A stretch of 64,000 nucleotides of DNA from an uncultured Methanoregulaceae archaeon (lineage in GTDB: Archaea; Halobacteriota; Methanomicrobia; Methanomicrobiales; Methanospirillaceae). Shown here piece after piece: positions 19,687 to 29,894 of the stretch. Under the pieces are notes generated by a model. That model was not told where the DNA came from. It made no database searches and was given only the letters and a program-made list of their open reading frames with translations. The stretch is taken from positions 1,248,001 through 1,312,000 of the forward strand of contig CAVTTL010000001.1 in the NCBI GenBank assembly GCA_963737635.1. The letters run 5' to 3'. Position 1 is the stretch's first letter; the number at the start of each line of letters is the position of its first letter. The translations under genes and the position numbers were made by a program.

Positions 19687-20211
19687 ATGGCGACCGGAGC
19701 AAGATATTTCGTCGCCTTCCGGCGACGCAGAGAAGGCAGGACCGATTATTACCAGAGAACGAAGCTTGTTGTCGCCGATGCACCGCGCATGGTCGTGCGC
19801 AGGACAAACCGCCACATTATCGTGCAGATGGTTACTGCCGAGATGGACGGCGACAAGACGCTGGTATCGGCCAATTCTGCCGAACTTGAAAAATATGGAT
19901 ACACCGGGTCAACTGCCAACACGCCTGCAGCATACCTGACGGGCCTTCTTTTTGCCGCAAAAGCAAAGAAAGCAGGGCAGGACCGTGCAATCCTCGATAT
20001 AGGGCTCAACCGGGCCACACCTGGTGCACGGGTCTTTGCCGCGCTCAAGGGTGCAGTCGATGCAGGCCTTGAGATCCCGTATGGTGAAGGGATCGTTCCT
20101 TCCGAGGAAAGGCTCAAAGGTGAGCATATCGCGGCCCATAACAAGAATGCCGGCGATATCGTCAAGAATGTCGAGCAGGTGGCAGCCGCCATAAAAAAGG
20201 AGCTGGTGTAA
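19687..20211 (+). CDS. rpl18: 50S ribosomal protein uL18
   Basis: [32 protein letters not shown]. Confidence 0.98.
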   Translation: MATGARYFVAFRRRREGRTDYYQRTKLVVADAPRMVVRRTNRHIIVQMVTAEMDGDKTLVSANSAELEKYGYTGSTANTPAAYLTGLLFAAKAKKAGQDRAILDIGLNRATPGARVFAALKGAVDAGLEIPYGEGIVPSEERLKGEHIAAHNKNAGDIVKNVEQVAAAIKKELV

Positions 20212-20829
20212 ATGGCATACGAAAAGGCAGAATGGCGCCCGGTCACCGGTCTTGGCAAGCAGGTCGCTTCAGGAGAGATCAAGAGTATCGATCAGGTCCT
20301 TGAGAGCGGCAGGCCTATCAAGGAACCCGAGATCGTCGATATGTTCCTCCCCGATCTCGAAGACGAGGTTCTCGATATCGCCATGATGCAGAGAATGACC
20401 GACTCGGGCCGCCGTGTCCAGTTCCGTGCCGTCGTGATTGTCGGCAATAGGAACGGGTATATCGGCTTTGGCCAGGGAAAAGATGTTCAAGTCGGTGACG
20501 CTATCAAGAAAGCGATCACCAAAGCAAAGATGAACCTTGTCAAGGTGCGCCGCGGGTGCGGCAGCTGGGAATGCGGATGTAATGTTACGCACTCTATTCC
20601 GATGCAGGTTGAAGGAACGGCTGGCAGCGTCCGGGTCACCCTCAAGCCCGCACCTCAGGGAATCGGTCTTGTTACCGGTGATATCAGCAAAAAAGTGCTC
20701 GAACTCGCCGGGATAAAGGATGTCTGGACGTTTGCACGTGGACAGACACGCACGACGATCAATTTCGCAAAAGCGACATTCAACGCGTTAAAAGAGACCA
20801 ACATGATCCGTACCGGGAGGTCGGAGTAA
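20212..20829 (+). CDS. rps5: 30S ribosomal protein uS5
   Basis: [27 protein letters not shown]. Confidence 0.98.
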   Translation: MAYEKAEWRPVTGLGKQVASGEIKSIDQVLESGRPIKEPEIVDMFLPDLEDEVLDIAMMQRMTDSGRRVQFRAVVIVGNRNGYIGFGQGKDVQVGDAIKKAITKAKMNLVKVRRGCGSWECGCNVTHSIPMQVEGTAGSVRVTLKPAPQGIGLVTGDISKKVLELAGIKDVWTFARGQTRTTINFAKATFNALKETNMIRTGRSE

Positions 20830-21292
20830 ATGTACGCGGTTGTGCAGGTCCGCGGCGTTGTTAACACACGCCGGGACATCAAAGACACCTTAAAGATGCT
20901 CCGTCTGCACCACATTAACCACTGCGTGCTCGTGGCAGATACACCCGAGAACCTCGGGATGATCCGGAAAGTAAAGGATTATGTTGCCTATGGTGAAGTG
21001 GATGCAGCAACTCTCGAAACCTTGCTCAAGACCCGTGGGCGCGTTATCGGAGATGATCCCTTAACAGATGACTACATCAAGTCCAATTCGACGTTCAGCA
21101 GCATCATCGAATTTGCACAGGCACTAGCTAAGGGAGAGTCCAGAGCTTCGTGACATCCCGGGCCTCAAGCCGGTTCTCCGGCTTCACCCGCCACGAAAAG
21201 GATACAAGACTACAAAGCGTACATTCGTACAAGGTGGAGCGCTTGGCTATTATGGTCAAGAGATCAATACTCTTCTCTACAAGATGAGGTGA
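20830..21292 (+). CDS. rpl30: 50S ribosomal protein uL30 (apparent +1 indel at ~21143)
   Basis: [17 protein letters not shown] continues as [13 protein letters not shown]...[11 protein letters not shown] in the shifted frame. Confidence 0.93.
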
Positions 21293-21296
21293 AGAG

Positions 21297-21734
21297 ATGC
21301 CGACCAACAAACGTTCAAAATACAGAGGATCGCGGACATGCGGCGGAGGTACCCATAAAAACCGCCGGGGTGCAGGAAATCGTGGTGGCAGGGGTCGCGC
21401 AGGTATCAACGCCCACCACTTTGTCAAGTGGTATAAAGAGATGGGAGGACCTGTCTTTGGTAAGGACGGGTTCTTCCATAACCCGGCAGTTATGGTTCCC
21501 GCCATGGATGTGGGGATTATCGACCAGATTGTACCCTCGCTTCTCGCTCAGGGAATTGCAAAACAGGAAGGAGATGCAATCATCGTAAACGCTGCCGATC
21601 TCGGGATCGAGAAGATACTGGGCAGCGGCAAGGTCAACCGGAAACTCAACATTTCCGCAGCATCATTCTCGGCACAGGCAAAGGCAAAGATCGAAAAGAC
21701 TGGTGGAAAGGCGCAAGTCGTCTCACCAATCTGA
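21297..21734 (+). CDS. rpl15: 50S ribosomal protein uL15
   Basis: RGSRTCGGG..RGAGNRGGRGRAG, KILGSG. Confidence 0.98.
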   Translation: MPTNKRSKYRGSRTCGGGTHKNRRGAGNRGGRGRAGINAHHFVKWYKEMGGPVFGKDGFFHNPAVMVPAMDVGIIDQIVPSLLAQGIAKQEGDAIIVNAADLGIEKILGSGKVNRKLNISAASFSAQAKAKIEKTGGKAQVVSPI

Positions 21735-21750
21735 TTTTTTTGGTGAAATA

Positions 21751-23185
21751 ATGGGTGACCTGCTGGATCGAATGGAACCCCTTCTTGTTGCGATGCCCGC
21801 GGTCAAGAGCCCTGAGGGGCATGTCCATTTCAAGAATAAGCTGAATGTGGACACTGGGAATTTTAATTCTGTATTTTGCGCTTACGAACATTCCGGTATT
21901 TGGTCTCAATTCCGGTGGACAGGACGTATTCAATTATTACCGTGCCCTGCTCGGTGGGGCGTATGGGTCAATTGTTCACCTCGGTATCGGACCCATCGTC
22001 ACCGCTTCCATCGTACTCCAGCTTTTAAAGGGTGCCGATATCCTTCATATTGATACGAGTGAGACTCGCGGTCAGGTCATGTACATGGGGCTCCAGAAGA
22101 TCCTCATTCTCGTCATGATCGTGATCGAGGCTGCCCCCAACATTATCGGTGGGTTCATGCAACCCGATCCAACCGTTGCGGCACAGTTCTTCGGTGGCAA
22201 CCTTTTCGCTGTATCGCTGTTAATCTTCCTCCAGATTTGTATCGGCGGTGTGCTGATCTTTTTGATGGATGAGGTAGTCACCAAGTGGGGTATAGGTTCC
22301 GGGGTCGGACTCTTTATTATCGCCGGTATATCCCAGGCCCTTGTGAACGGGTTTATCAACTGGACCGCAGTCAGCGATCCCTATCCGATTGGATTTTTCC
22401 CGCGACTCTTCGCGGTCGTGCTTGACGGTGCGAATTTCATCCAGTATTTCGGTACGAATCTCCTCGCTTTTGCCACCACTATCGTCATATTTCTGATTAT
22501 CGTATACGTGGAATCCACCCGCATCGAAATTCCTCTTGCCCATGCCCAAGTGAGAGGAGCACGGGCGCGGTTCCCGGTCAAACTGATCTACGCCAGTGTT
22601 CTTCCGATGATCCTGGTACGAGTGCTCCAGGCTAATATCCAGATGGTCGGCATGTTCCTGTCTAACGTAGGTATTACCATCCTGGGAAAATTCAACGGAC
22701 AGACTCCTCAATCCGGCCTGATGTACTTCTTGGCACCCATCAACGGACCCACCGACTGGATGTGGTGGGTGACTGATCTCGGGCATGCACCATGGGAAGT
22801 TCTCCTCCGGATGGGCATCGATACCACGTTCATGGTGGTAGGCGGGGCTATCTTCGCGCTCTTCTGGATCAAGACCGCTGGTCTCGATTCAAAAGACGTG
22901 GCCCGGCAGATCCAGATGTCCGGCATGTCGATTCCCGGATACCGGAGGAATCCACAAGTGCTGGAGAAATATCTGGACCGGTATATCCCCCGCGTTACTA
23001 TCATCGGTGGGGTGTTTATCGGTATACTCAGTGTAGTCGCGAATCTCTTTGGTGTCATCGGAGCTGTAAGTGGTACGGGGTTGTTACTGACCGTGAGTAT
23101 CACCTATAGGCTGTATGAAGAGATCGCAAGCCAGCAGATCATGGAGATGTATCCGTTCATGCGGACGTTCTTTGGCAAAGAATGA
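21751..23185 (+). CDS. secY: Preprotein translocase SecY (apparent +1 indel at ~21844)
   Basis: PAVKSPEGHVHFKNKL then WTLGIL; LGIGPIVTASIVLQLL, GIGSGVGLFI, SGTGLLLTV. Confidence 0.96.
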
Positions 23186-23202
23186 TTGATGAAGGGTCGG
23201 GA

Positions 23203-23775
23203 ATGGCAGGAAAAAAGGTCATTATCACGGGTGTGCCGGGTGTCGGAAAGACAACGGTAATCAACGAGGCATTGAGCAAGCTCAAAAGCGAAGGTGTGGA
23301 ATACCAGCCTATCAATTTTGGTTCCTTCATGTTCGAAGTAGCTAAGAGCGAGGGACTCGTGGAAAACCGTGATCAGATGCGATCACTTGACCGGGCAGAT
23401 CAGAAGCGGCTCCAGCAGCGTGCGGCGCAAGCGATTGCACAGATCCCCGGTAATGTCTTGATTGATACGCATGCATCGGTGAAAACCCCCAGAGGATACC
23501 TCGCAGGTCTTCCTGAATGGGTCCTCCGAGAGATTATGCCCGATGCGATCGTCCTTGTTGAAACGGATAATGACCAGATCCTCATGCGGCGTATAACCGA
23601 TGAAACAAGAATCCGGGATAAGGAAGGCTGGCGCGCAATTGCCGAGCACCAGGAGTTCAACCGATCCATTGCCGCTGCCTATGCCATGATGACCGGATGT
23701 ACCATCAAGATCATCACTAACGCCGATCACCTGCTGGATTTCGCCGCCGCGGAGCTGGCGACCGTCCTCAGGTAA
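23203..23775 (+). CDS. adkA: Archaeal adenylate kinase
   Basis: P-loop GVPGVGKTT, DTHA..GYLAGLP; position after secY. Confidence 0.95.
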   Translation: MAGKKVIITGVPGVGKTTVINEALSKLKSEGVEYQPINFGSFMFEVAKSEGLVENRDQMRSLDRADQKRLQQRAAQAIAQIPGNVLIDTHASVKTPRGYLAGLPEWVLREIMPDAIVLVETDNDQILMRRITDETRIRDKEGWRAIAEHQEFNRSIAAAYAMMTGCTIKIITNADHLLDFAAAELATVLR

Positions 23776-23794
23776 TCCTTTGAAAGGTGGGTCC

Positions 23795-24406
23795 ATGGAC
23801 TTTGGAAAATTCTGGGAAAAGTACGGGTTATACGTCGCGCTCCTCTTCATGTTCGTGATGATGTGGACGTATACGGTTCCTTGGCTTCGTACGGATGTCG
23901 GAAAGGGGATCGACGGGGTATTTTCCCCTCTGGTTACCCAGTTCGGGATCCCGTTTTTCATCTTGATTGTGATCCTCTCCGCCTTGACCGGGTTGTATTC
24001 CTCCGTTATCCAGAAGTACACAATCGATTACGAACGGATGACGGAGGTCCAGGACCGGATGAAGGACTTCCAGAAAGAGTACCGTGAAGCGATGTTATCT
24101 CAGGATGAAAAAAGGATCAAGAAACTGGATGTAAGAAAAGAGCGCATGATGCGCGAACAGCTCGAACTTTCCCAGCAGCAGTTCAAGCCTATGGGATATA
24201 TCCTCATCCTCACGGTCCCTATTTTTTTCTGGCTTTTGTACCGACTGAGCGAGATCAACAATACTATTACCTTCCCGTATTATGGGACCCTGAGCCTGAC
24301 GACTCCCGTTATCTGGGTCATTCCTGCATGGATGGCCTGGTACATGATCTGTTCCATCACGATCAGTCAGGTAATCAGGAAAGCCCTCAATATCGGGGGG
24401 ATCTGA
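23795..24406 (+). CDS. DUF106 / EMC3-TMCO1-YidC-like membrane insertase
   Basis: TM helices around a coiled coil, QQFKPM motif, WYMICS..RKALN; conserved position after adk. Confidence 0.88.
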   Translation: MDFGKFWEKYGLYVALLFMFVMMWTYTVPWLRTDVGKGIDGVFSPLVTQFGIPFFILIVILSALTGLYSSVIQKYTIDYERMTEVQDRMKDFQKEYREAMLSQDEKRIKKLDVRKERMMREQLELSQQQFKPMGYILILTVPIFFWLLYRLSEINNTITFPYYGTLSLTTPVIWVIPAWMAWYMICSITISQVIRKALNIGGI

Positions 24407-24954
24407 TGAGGATTACCGTGAGCGGGCTTCCCGGTAGCGGGACCACCTCACTCTCACGGTATCTTTCAGAGCACCACGGTTTTACCATGATCTCGGCGGG
24501 TGAAGTGTTCCGCCAGTGCGCAAAAGAGCACAACATGGAACTTGCCGAATTCGGCAGGCTTGCCGAGAAGAACCCGGCCTATGACAAAATGATCGACACC
24601 CGGCAAAAAGAGATCGCCGAGGAAAAAGACAATATCATCGTTGAGGGCCGGCTTTCGGGCTGGATGGTGGAAAAAGCGGATCTGAAGATCTGGCTCTTTG
24701 CCCCTATTGGCTGTCGGCTTGAACGAATCGTGTTCCGCGATCAGATCGCTGACATAGAGACTGCAAAAGCGATCACTCTCGAGCGCGAGCACTGCGAAGC
24801 GGTGCGGTACCGCCAGTACTATGATATTGATATCAACAACCTTTCTATTTACCATTTAATCCTGAACTCGGAGCATTGGGGGATCAAGGAGCTCGGGATG
24901 ATTGTCGATACTGCTGTTGACCAGGCGCAGGTAGATCGCGGAAAGGCCGCATAG
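24406..24954 (+). CDS. cmk: Cytidylate kinase
   Basis: ITVSGLPGSGTTS, SAGEVFR, EGRLSGW, RYRQYYDID. Confidence 0.93.
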   Translation: MRITVSGLPGSGTTSLSRYLSEHHGFTMISAGEVFRQCAKEHNMELAEFGRLAEKNPAYDKMIDTRQKEIAEEKDNIIVEGRLSGWMVEKADLKIWLFAPIGCRLERIVFRDQIADIETAKAITLEREHCEAVRYRQYYDIDINNLSIYHLILNSEHWGIKELGMIVDTAVDQAQVDRGKAA

Positions 24955-25042
24955 CTGGTCATCTGATGGCAGTGAAATCCAGGTACCAGCACTATCCGAA
25001 TCTTCTTTTCTTTTGCCGTCTTTTTATCCGGGGGGACGTATA

Positions 25043-25467
25043 GTGAACGTGAATGATATCCACATCGCGATCGTCAGTTCATGGGATGAAGAAGAGATAG
25101 TAGCACTATACCGCGCCGGTGGCTGGTGGGAAGATTCGTTCGATCCTGCCGGTATTCCCGCGCTTATCAGAGGAAGTTTTGCCTTCGTGGTTGCGGCAGA
25201 CACAAAAACCGGCCAGGCGGTCGGTATGGGTCGGGCCCTTTCAGATGGGGTATCGGATGCATACATCCAGGATCTTGTAGTGCTCCCCGGTACCGGGGGA
25301 GAGACCTGGGAACCGCAATCGCCTCCCTGCTTATTGCGCGATGCCGGGATGCGGGCGTCTCCTGGATTGCCCTCATTGCCGAGCCAGGCTCAGAAAAATT
25401 CTATCTCCCTCTGGGATTTGCCCGGATGGAGGGGTATGTTCCCCTGATTTACCGCGGTGAATCCTGA
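25043..25467 (+). CDS. GNAT-family N-acetyltransferase (apparent -1 indel at ~25289)
   Basis: VGMGRALSDGVSDAYIQDLVVLP then YRGRDLG...FYLPLGF in the shifted frame. Confidence 0.8.
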
Positions 25468-26361
25468 TGTTAAAGCAGGAAGATTTCAAGCCGGTGACGC
25501 TTGCTGACCGGGAGTTTTTCGAGCATCATTACTCGTTGTACCCGCAGACCCATAGTGACAACACGTTCACGAACATGGTCAGCTGGAACCAGATTGCCCA
25601 GTACCGATACGCTTACGTAAACGGCAACGTGATTCTCGCTAGTACTATTGCCGGGGTTACGAGGTTCCGCCCGCCTATCGGCCCCCGGGATCCTGGTCTT
25701 ATGAAAGATCTTATTCGCTTTGCACTGGAGATTGGAGACGATTCCCCGCTCGTCCTCATCGATCCGGAAACGGTCCGCTGGATCCAGGAGATCGATCCCA
25801 CACTTACTCTTATCCCGGACCGGAACCACTTCGAGTGACGTATACCTCGCGTCCGACCTTGCAGAGCTCCCAGGAAAGAACTATCTCAAGATCCGCAGCC
25901 AGCTCAATAAATTCAGGAAGAACTGCTCCCACACGGTCGAGCCAATTACCGCAGAAAACCGGGAGGAAGTGATGGAGTTCTTAGTGAAGTGGTGCGAGTG
26001 GAAGGGGTGCGAGAACGATCTCGTGCTCGCTCACGAGAAAGACGCTGTCTTTTTTGCAATCGAACATTTCACCGAACTACCCCTGCGAGGCCTGATGATC
26101 AGGGTCAATTCCCAGGTCGCAGCGATCTCTCTCTTCGAGCGGCTCAATAAGGATATGGCCCTTGTCCATTTTGAAAAAGGACTTCCCGACTGTGAAGGAA
26201 TTTACAAGGCAATCAATCAAGAGACCGCGGCTCTGCTGGTTGGAGATGTGACGTATATCAACCGGGAAAGCGATCTCGGCGTACATGGGCTCCGGGAGGC
26301 AAAGATGCGGTACCACCCGCATCACATGGTCGAAGTCTGGTCGCTCAAAAGGCAGACCTGA
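25467..26361 (+). CDS. DUF2156 / phosphatidylglycerol lysyltransferase-like domain protein (apparent +1 indel at ~25837)
   Basis: SDNTFTN, (Y)VYLASDLAELPGK, VHFEKG..GIY, YINRESDLG..GLREAKMRYHP. Confidence 0.8.
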
Positions 26362-26508
26362 CGTCGATTAGATTCTCTGATTTTTCCAAGGGTCTTTTAT
26401 TTCCGAAAAAGATTCTGCTCCTTGCGTGCCACCAGAAATGTCCGGATGTCAGACAAGGGGGAGCGCAATTAGTATTGGAAAAGAGACGAAAGCGAGAAAA
26501 ATACCGGT

Positions 26509-27114
26509 TTAAGCCGGGAGATGCAACCCCAGTGTTCCCATTATCCCGGAGAAGATGAACTTTACTGCAATAGCGGCGACGAACATACCGAGGACTCTTC
26601 CCATGACATCCGTAACAACAGATCCGAGAAGGTTTTGGATGCCTGCAGAGAAATACAGGATTATCCAAGAAGCGACGAGAGAAAGAGTAATCGCTATAAA
26701 CGGGATGAATATTCCATAGTCATTGGAGAGGAGCATAACGGTCGTGATCGCACCGGGACCGCAGAGAATGGGTGTCCCGATCACCACACCGGCTGCCGTT
26801 GGAGTCTCGTTTTTGGACTTGCATATATCAAGCCCGAGGGCCATCTGCATACCCAGAAGGAACAGCACGACTCCGCCGGCGATCTGGAATGTCGAGAGGG
26901 TGAGGCCAAGTATATTGAAAATCGTGGTATTGAAGATAAGGAAGATATACATCAATGCCCCGGCAACTGCGACCGCGATGACTGCCTGCCTGTGGATCTC
27001 CCGCGATGACTGCCCTTTTGTCATACCCGCAAAGATCGGGACAGACAGGATCGGATCGAGGATAATAAAAAGCGCCGCAAACGCATAGATTAATCCTGAA
27101 ATAAAGTCCGCCAT
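26509..27114 (-). CDS. MarC-family integral membrane protein
   Basis: LFIILDP..VPIF, FQIAGGVVL, PILCGPGAITTV, RVLGMFVAAIAV. Confidence 0.9.
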   Translation of the reverse strand: MADFISGLIYAFAALFIILDPILSVPIFAGMTKGQSSREIHRQAVIAVAVAGALMYIFLIFNTTIFNILGLTLSTFQIAGGVVLFLLGMQMALGLDICKSKNETPTAAGVVIGTPILCGPGAITTVMLLSNDYGIFIPFIAITLSLVASWIILYFSAGIQNLLGSVVTDVMGRVLGMFVAAIAVKFIFSGIMGTLGLHLPA

Positions 27115-27349
27115 ATCAATACTTCTGATCATGCGCAGTGAAGACGGATAAATTCGCGGGTTTTGCGCTCGTTGTCTTGATTACCGGGATCAAATCCAGG
27201 ATTACCGGTACGTTGGAAGAGACGGTAATTTCAGCGAGCCGATTGCACACTACATAATATATAAGAGCCGGTAGTGGCCATCATCCGTTAGAGCGGGTGA
27301 GTACCGGGTAGGATGAAAAAGCCCGGATCATCCGGTCCGGAGAACACTT

Positions 27350-27955
27350 ATGCCAGAAACGAGGAAAGTTTCCGGATCTTCCGGAACCAGAGCTGCACAA
27401 CGGGTACGGAATCCGGCAACGTCCCCTGCGCGATCGAAAAAAACGGTGACGAAGAAAACGGCGGCACCGGCAAAGAAAATGTCGGGAATGAAAAAAGAAA
27501 AGAGCATTCCGGCCTCAAAAGGCAAGGCGGCCGGGAAAAAAGCCGGATCCCCTACAAAGAAGGTACCGACTTACAAGCTGAAGCGGTACCGCTGCCGCCT
27601 TTGCGGTTATGTCTACTCACCGCTCCGCGGAGAACCACACAATGGCATACCGGCGGGAACCCCCTTTGAAGACCTACCCGAAGATTATGTCTGCCCGGTC
27701 TGTGGCTACCAAGGACGAGGCAAGATTGGCAAATGGGGATTTGACGAATGGGCGCCTACGAAATACATATGTTCGATCTGCGGGTATGTGTACGACGAGA
27801 AACGTGGCGAACCCCACCGGGGCATAAAAGCCGGGACAAAATTTGATGATCTTCCTGAGGACTACAAATGTCCCGTCTGCGCCCAGGATCCAAATATCAA
27901 TGTCCAGTTCGGGAAGGTGTTTAAACAGGGATTCGAACCGCTTGATATCCCGTGA
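27350..27955 (+). CDS. Tandem (two-domain) rubredoxin with a Lys-rich N-terminal extension
   Basis: Two CxxCGYVY...GIxAGTxFxDLPEDYxCPVC domains. Confidence 0.9.
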   Translation: MPETRKVSGSSGTRAAQRVRNPATSPARSKKTVTKKTAAPAKKMSGMKKEKSIPASKGKAAGKKAGSPTKKVPTYKLKRYRCRLCGYVYSPLRGEPHNGIPAGTPFEDLPEDYVCPVCGYQGRGKIGKWGFDEWAPTKYICSICGYVYDEKRGEPHRGIKAGTKFDDLPEDYKCPVCAQDPNINVQFGKVFKQGFEPLDIP

Positions 27956-28103
27956 GCTCGCGAAGAAACCTCATCACTTCCCTTATTTTTAAAATGGCCG
28001 GTGCCCTCAAGACGTAAACGGCGTAACTTAATACCTTATACATCCATGCTGAATGTGCACGCTACGCATATGATCTCATCTGCTGATGGTACGGGGGTGT
28101 GAG

Positions 28104-28559
28104 ATGCACAAGAGCCAGGATCCGGTGATGGAGCAGAAACGCGATGTGCTCGCCCGGTTCCTCGGCGTGGATAAAACTGCCCTTCGTATCTCAAACGGCC
28201 ACTTATACGGTTTTAAGGCTTTTTTCCACGGCAACGATGAAGCATATCTTGTTCTTTCCGACGCGGAGGCGACACAGGCAGCAGAGAATGCTGTCCAGGA
28301 AAAACTCTGGCTGATCGGTCTTGAATCCCTTTTTGCCTATTTTGATATCAGTTCTTCTCCCGCTGACCTTCTGGGGAAGATCAAAACAAAGGAAATCCGT
28401 CAGGCGAACGAAGAGATCAAAAAACTGATCCATCACACATGCGGGATGGAGCCGCTCAGAAAACGGATGCTCTCCTTTGGCAACCGAAAGAACCTGCTGG
28501 CAGACTATGATCAGGCCGAGCACTACCGGGATGGTTTCTTCATTTACCGCCTGTACTGA
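28104..28559 (+). CDS. Hypothetical protein
   Basis: 151-aa ORF with RBS-like GGGGGTG and an upstream TATA-like TTATA; no recognised family. Confidence 0.65.
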   Translation: MHKSQDPVMEQKRDVLARFLGVDKTALRISNGHLYGFKAFFHGNDEAYLVLSDAEATQAAENAVQEKLWLIGLESLFAYFDISSSPADLLGKIKTKEIRQANEEIKKLIHHTCGMEPLRKRMLSFGNRKNLLADYDQAEHYRDGFFIYRLY

Positions 28560-28738
28560 CAGGAATCTCCTTTCTTCCGGCGTGCATTTGTTATTTACAA
28601 AATATTGCCGGGACGGATCTCTTCACTGGGTTCATCTCGTGTTGCTATGTTGAAATCCAGGATTTCTTTAGTTCTGCCTGTTTTTCCTACCCTTAAATAA
28701 TCGTTTTACCGGCTGACCTGTCTGGTTATACCGCCGCA

Positions 28739-29125
28739 ATGAATATACCTTCCGGCAGTTTATATCCTGTGATGACCCTCAGACGCCTGGTATTATCCTC
28801 CAAATGTGGATGTGTCCTCATCTTGGTGCTCTGTCTTCTATCCTGTGTGCCGGTGACCGGTGCCAGTGCCACCGATATATCTTATACCAGCGGTCCCGCG
28901 GTGCAGAATGTGACGTTGTCCCATGCCGCAGTGCAATTGGCACAGATTCCGCCCCCGACATTCGCGGTCGCTCCCCCTGAGCAGCCGACCGCCCCTACGC
29001 CACCGTATGAATCCGCCCCGGTATCAGCAGAAACAACTCCTGCCACTGCAATGCAGCCCTTATCTTCTTGCATCGCGGTGCTGGGGGTCGCTACAGTGAT
29101 CCAGTACCGGTCTACTCATCAATAA
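28739..29125 (+). CDS. Small secreted Pro/Thr-rich protein with a C-terminal hydrophobic anchor
   Basis: Signal-peptide-like VLILVLCLLSCVPVTGA, P/T-rich linker, PLSSCIAVLGVATVI plus a short polar tail; start codon uncertain. Confidence 0.55.
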   Translation: MNIPSGSLYPVMTLRRLVLSSKCGCVLILVLCLLSCVPVTGASATDISYTSGPAVQNVTLSHAAVQLAQIPPPTFAVAPPEQPTAPTPPYESAPVSAETTPATAMQPLSSCIAVLGVATVIQYRSTHQ

Positions 29126-29207
29126 CGGCTTTTTTATTTCCATCGGGCATGCCGTTCTCTACCCGGGCAATTTATTACGGATGGGGCGTATTTTTGTACG
29201 ATGAGAT

Positions 29208-29816
29208 ATGGACGCTACGGCAATGCTTGAGGTGGCGCATCACCTTGCCCGGGTCGGACGGTATGACGAAGCTCTTGCCGAGTACGACAAAGTGCTGGCG
29301 ATCGACGCGAAGAACACTACAGTGCTCGAACAGAAAGGCGAAGTCTTTTACGCTCTCGGGAGGCATGAGGATGCCCTTGCCTGCTATGGCCGTGCACTTG
29401 AGATTAATCCTCACCTCCTGACGACTTGGTACGAGAAGGGATATACCCTGCGCAAGATCGGCAGGTACGAGGAATCGATCGCCTGTTTCGACCGTGCCCT
29501 ACTCTTGGACCCGGACTATACCCCTGCCCTTGCAAACAGGGGTTATGCATTAAACGCACTAGGGAGGTACGAAGATGCTATCGCATGCTTCAACCGCATC
29601 CTAGAAACCGGCCCGAATAACATCCGGGTGATGACCGCAAAAGGGATTGCCCTGCTGGGCCTCGGGCGAAAAGAGGAAGCACTTGCTATTTTCGATCAAG
29701 CGCTCAGCCTCAATCCGATTAACTCCTTTGTGTGGCAGCACCGGGCCGAGGTCCTGCGTTGTCTGGGGCGCAGTTCTGATGCCGAAGAGAGTCTTCGGCA
29801 CGTGTCTGGGTTATAG
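29208..29816 (+). CDS. Tetratricopeptide repeat protein
   Basis: About six 34-aa KG..L..LGRYEEA..CF..AL.L.P repeats. Confidence 0.92.
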   Translation: MDATAMLEVAHHLARVGRYDEALAEYDKVLAIDAKNTTVLEQKGEVFYALGRHEDALACYGRALEINPHLLTTWYEKGYTLRKIGRYEESIACFDRALLLDPDYTPALANRGYALNALGRYEDAIACFNRILETGPNNIRVMTAKGIALLGLGRKEEALAIFDQALSLNPINSFVWQHRAEVLRCLGRSSDAEESLRHVSGL

Positions 29817-29894
29817 TGCCGTAAGCTCGAAGGAATAGAATACTGCACAAAGAAAAGATCTTTTTTTTTCGATTGCCCCCAAGGGTAAAAAAAA

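Noticed and set aside
25836-25838. In-frame TGA in DUF2156 as selenocysteine or read-through
   Set aside because: The protein continues in a different frame, and HdrA/MvhD here use Cys, so there is no sign of Sec usage.
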